Shown here: in pieces, positions 42,196-42,687 of the stretch
Numbering within the stretch: the first letter of the stretch is position 1
Layout: every line of letters begins with the position of its first letter
Origin: an uncultured Muribaculaceae bacterium
GTDB lineage: Bacteria > Bacillota_I > Bacilli_A > RF39 > UBA660
Direction of reading: 5' to 3'
NCBI GenBank assembly: GCA_964438315.1
Contig: CAYTKH010000001.1
Span: forward strand, 1-42,687
Length of the DNA: 42,687 nucleotides
Position numbers and translations under genes: made by a program
The notes under the pieces: model-generated
The model's input: the letters and a program-made list of their open reading frames with translations, nothing else
What the model was told of the DNA's origin: nothing
Database searches by the model: none

Positions 42196-42687
42196 TCAAA
42201 TACCAATTTTATTATTTTTCTTGGCTTCGATATTCCATTTTATGACACCATAAATATTTATTAATAAATAACCAATAGATACAAGTAACATCATTATTGA
42301 TCCATTTCCACCATTTATTACAGTTATAATCCAAATTATTAAATCTATAATATTATTTATTAACCATAACCACCACGATTCTTTAAATCTTAATATCATT
42401 AAGATTACACCACAAAGATTTATACAATTTGAAGTAGCATCCATAAACGCTAATCTTTGATTAGGTATTAATGTTAAAAATAATACTACCTATTATACAA
42501 GATAAAGTTATTATAATAGAATTTTTTTTAGTAAATTCTCGTGCCTTAACATTCTTATCATCATTCAAATTTTTATTCCAAGTAATAAACCCATTAACTT
42601 GAAGTGGAGAAAAAATAAATATATAAAAGAAAAAGATACCAAATAAATTATTTTTATAAGCAACATATCCCATTAATAAATTATTTA
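42196..42687 (-). pseudogene. pnuC: PnuC-family (nicotinamide riboside-type) transporter gene, frameshifted and 5'-truncated by the window end
   Basis: The C-terminal part (FKESWWLWLINNIIDLIIW...YGVIKW) is typical of PnuC. The two halves (42461..42673+ and 42196..42444) are in different frames, and the frames overlap near the A5 run at 42476-42480. Confidence 0.6.

Overview
Strongly AT-rich, low-GC Firmicutes-type DNA (Clostridia-like codon usage). About 94% of the window (1 to about 40026) is one integrated temperate prophage, and its left end is not reached.

The lytic genes run on the minus strand, from right to left:
- Immunity/lysogeny switch at 34.4-37.1 kb.
- Early and replication genes at 26.7-33.5 kb: DnaD-like replisome organiser, HD hydrolase, NPPF methyltransferase, ASCH protein and many small ORFs.
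- An internal tyrosine recombinase plus an HNH nuclease at 25.3-26.5 kb.
- A late regulator, then terS/terL, portal, scaffold and capsid at 17.1-24.6 kb.
- A podovirus-like (P22-style) adaptor/hub/needle set, followed by a 2094-aa giant virion protein at 6.9-16.7 kb.
- An S74-chaperone tail fibre, then a tandem array of receptor-binding 'knob' genes at 1.8-6.9 kb.
- BhlA-like protein, holin and an amidase endolysin at 0.1-1.8 kb.

The plus strand carries the lysogeny operon: XRE regulator, ImmA-like protease, LexA/S24-type repressor, membrane protein, MazF/PemK-like protein and a large serine integrase (38617..40014). The integrase abuts the 3' fragment of a NitT/TauT-type ABC ATPase gene that the phage has split at Walker B.

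The host flank holds an ABC permease, a zeta-toxin-like P-loop kinase and a frameshifted pnuC. I saw no rRNA, tRNA or CRISPR.

Main leads:
1. A G12 homopolymer inside a hand-found 51-codon ORF that is translationally coupled to the first receptor-binding gene.
2. A consensus-promoter, terminator-bounded antisense sRNA opposite a 47-aa hydrophobic peptide (type I TA-like or OOP-like).
3. Two related long inverted-repeat pairs in the early leader, in a phage that also carries an extra tyrosine recombinase.
4. A solitary N-terminally extended MazF-like gene with a membrane partner, next to a 446-bp highly structured non-coding region.
5. Dual ImmA-type and S24-type derepression logic.

All functional calls rest on motif recognition by eye. 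ORFs under 60 aa were hand-translated from the printed sequence. No database search was possible.
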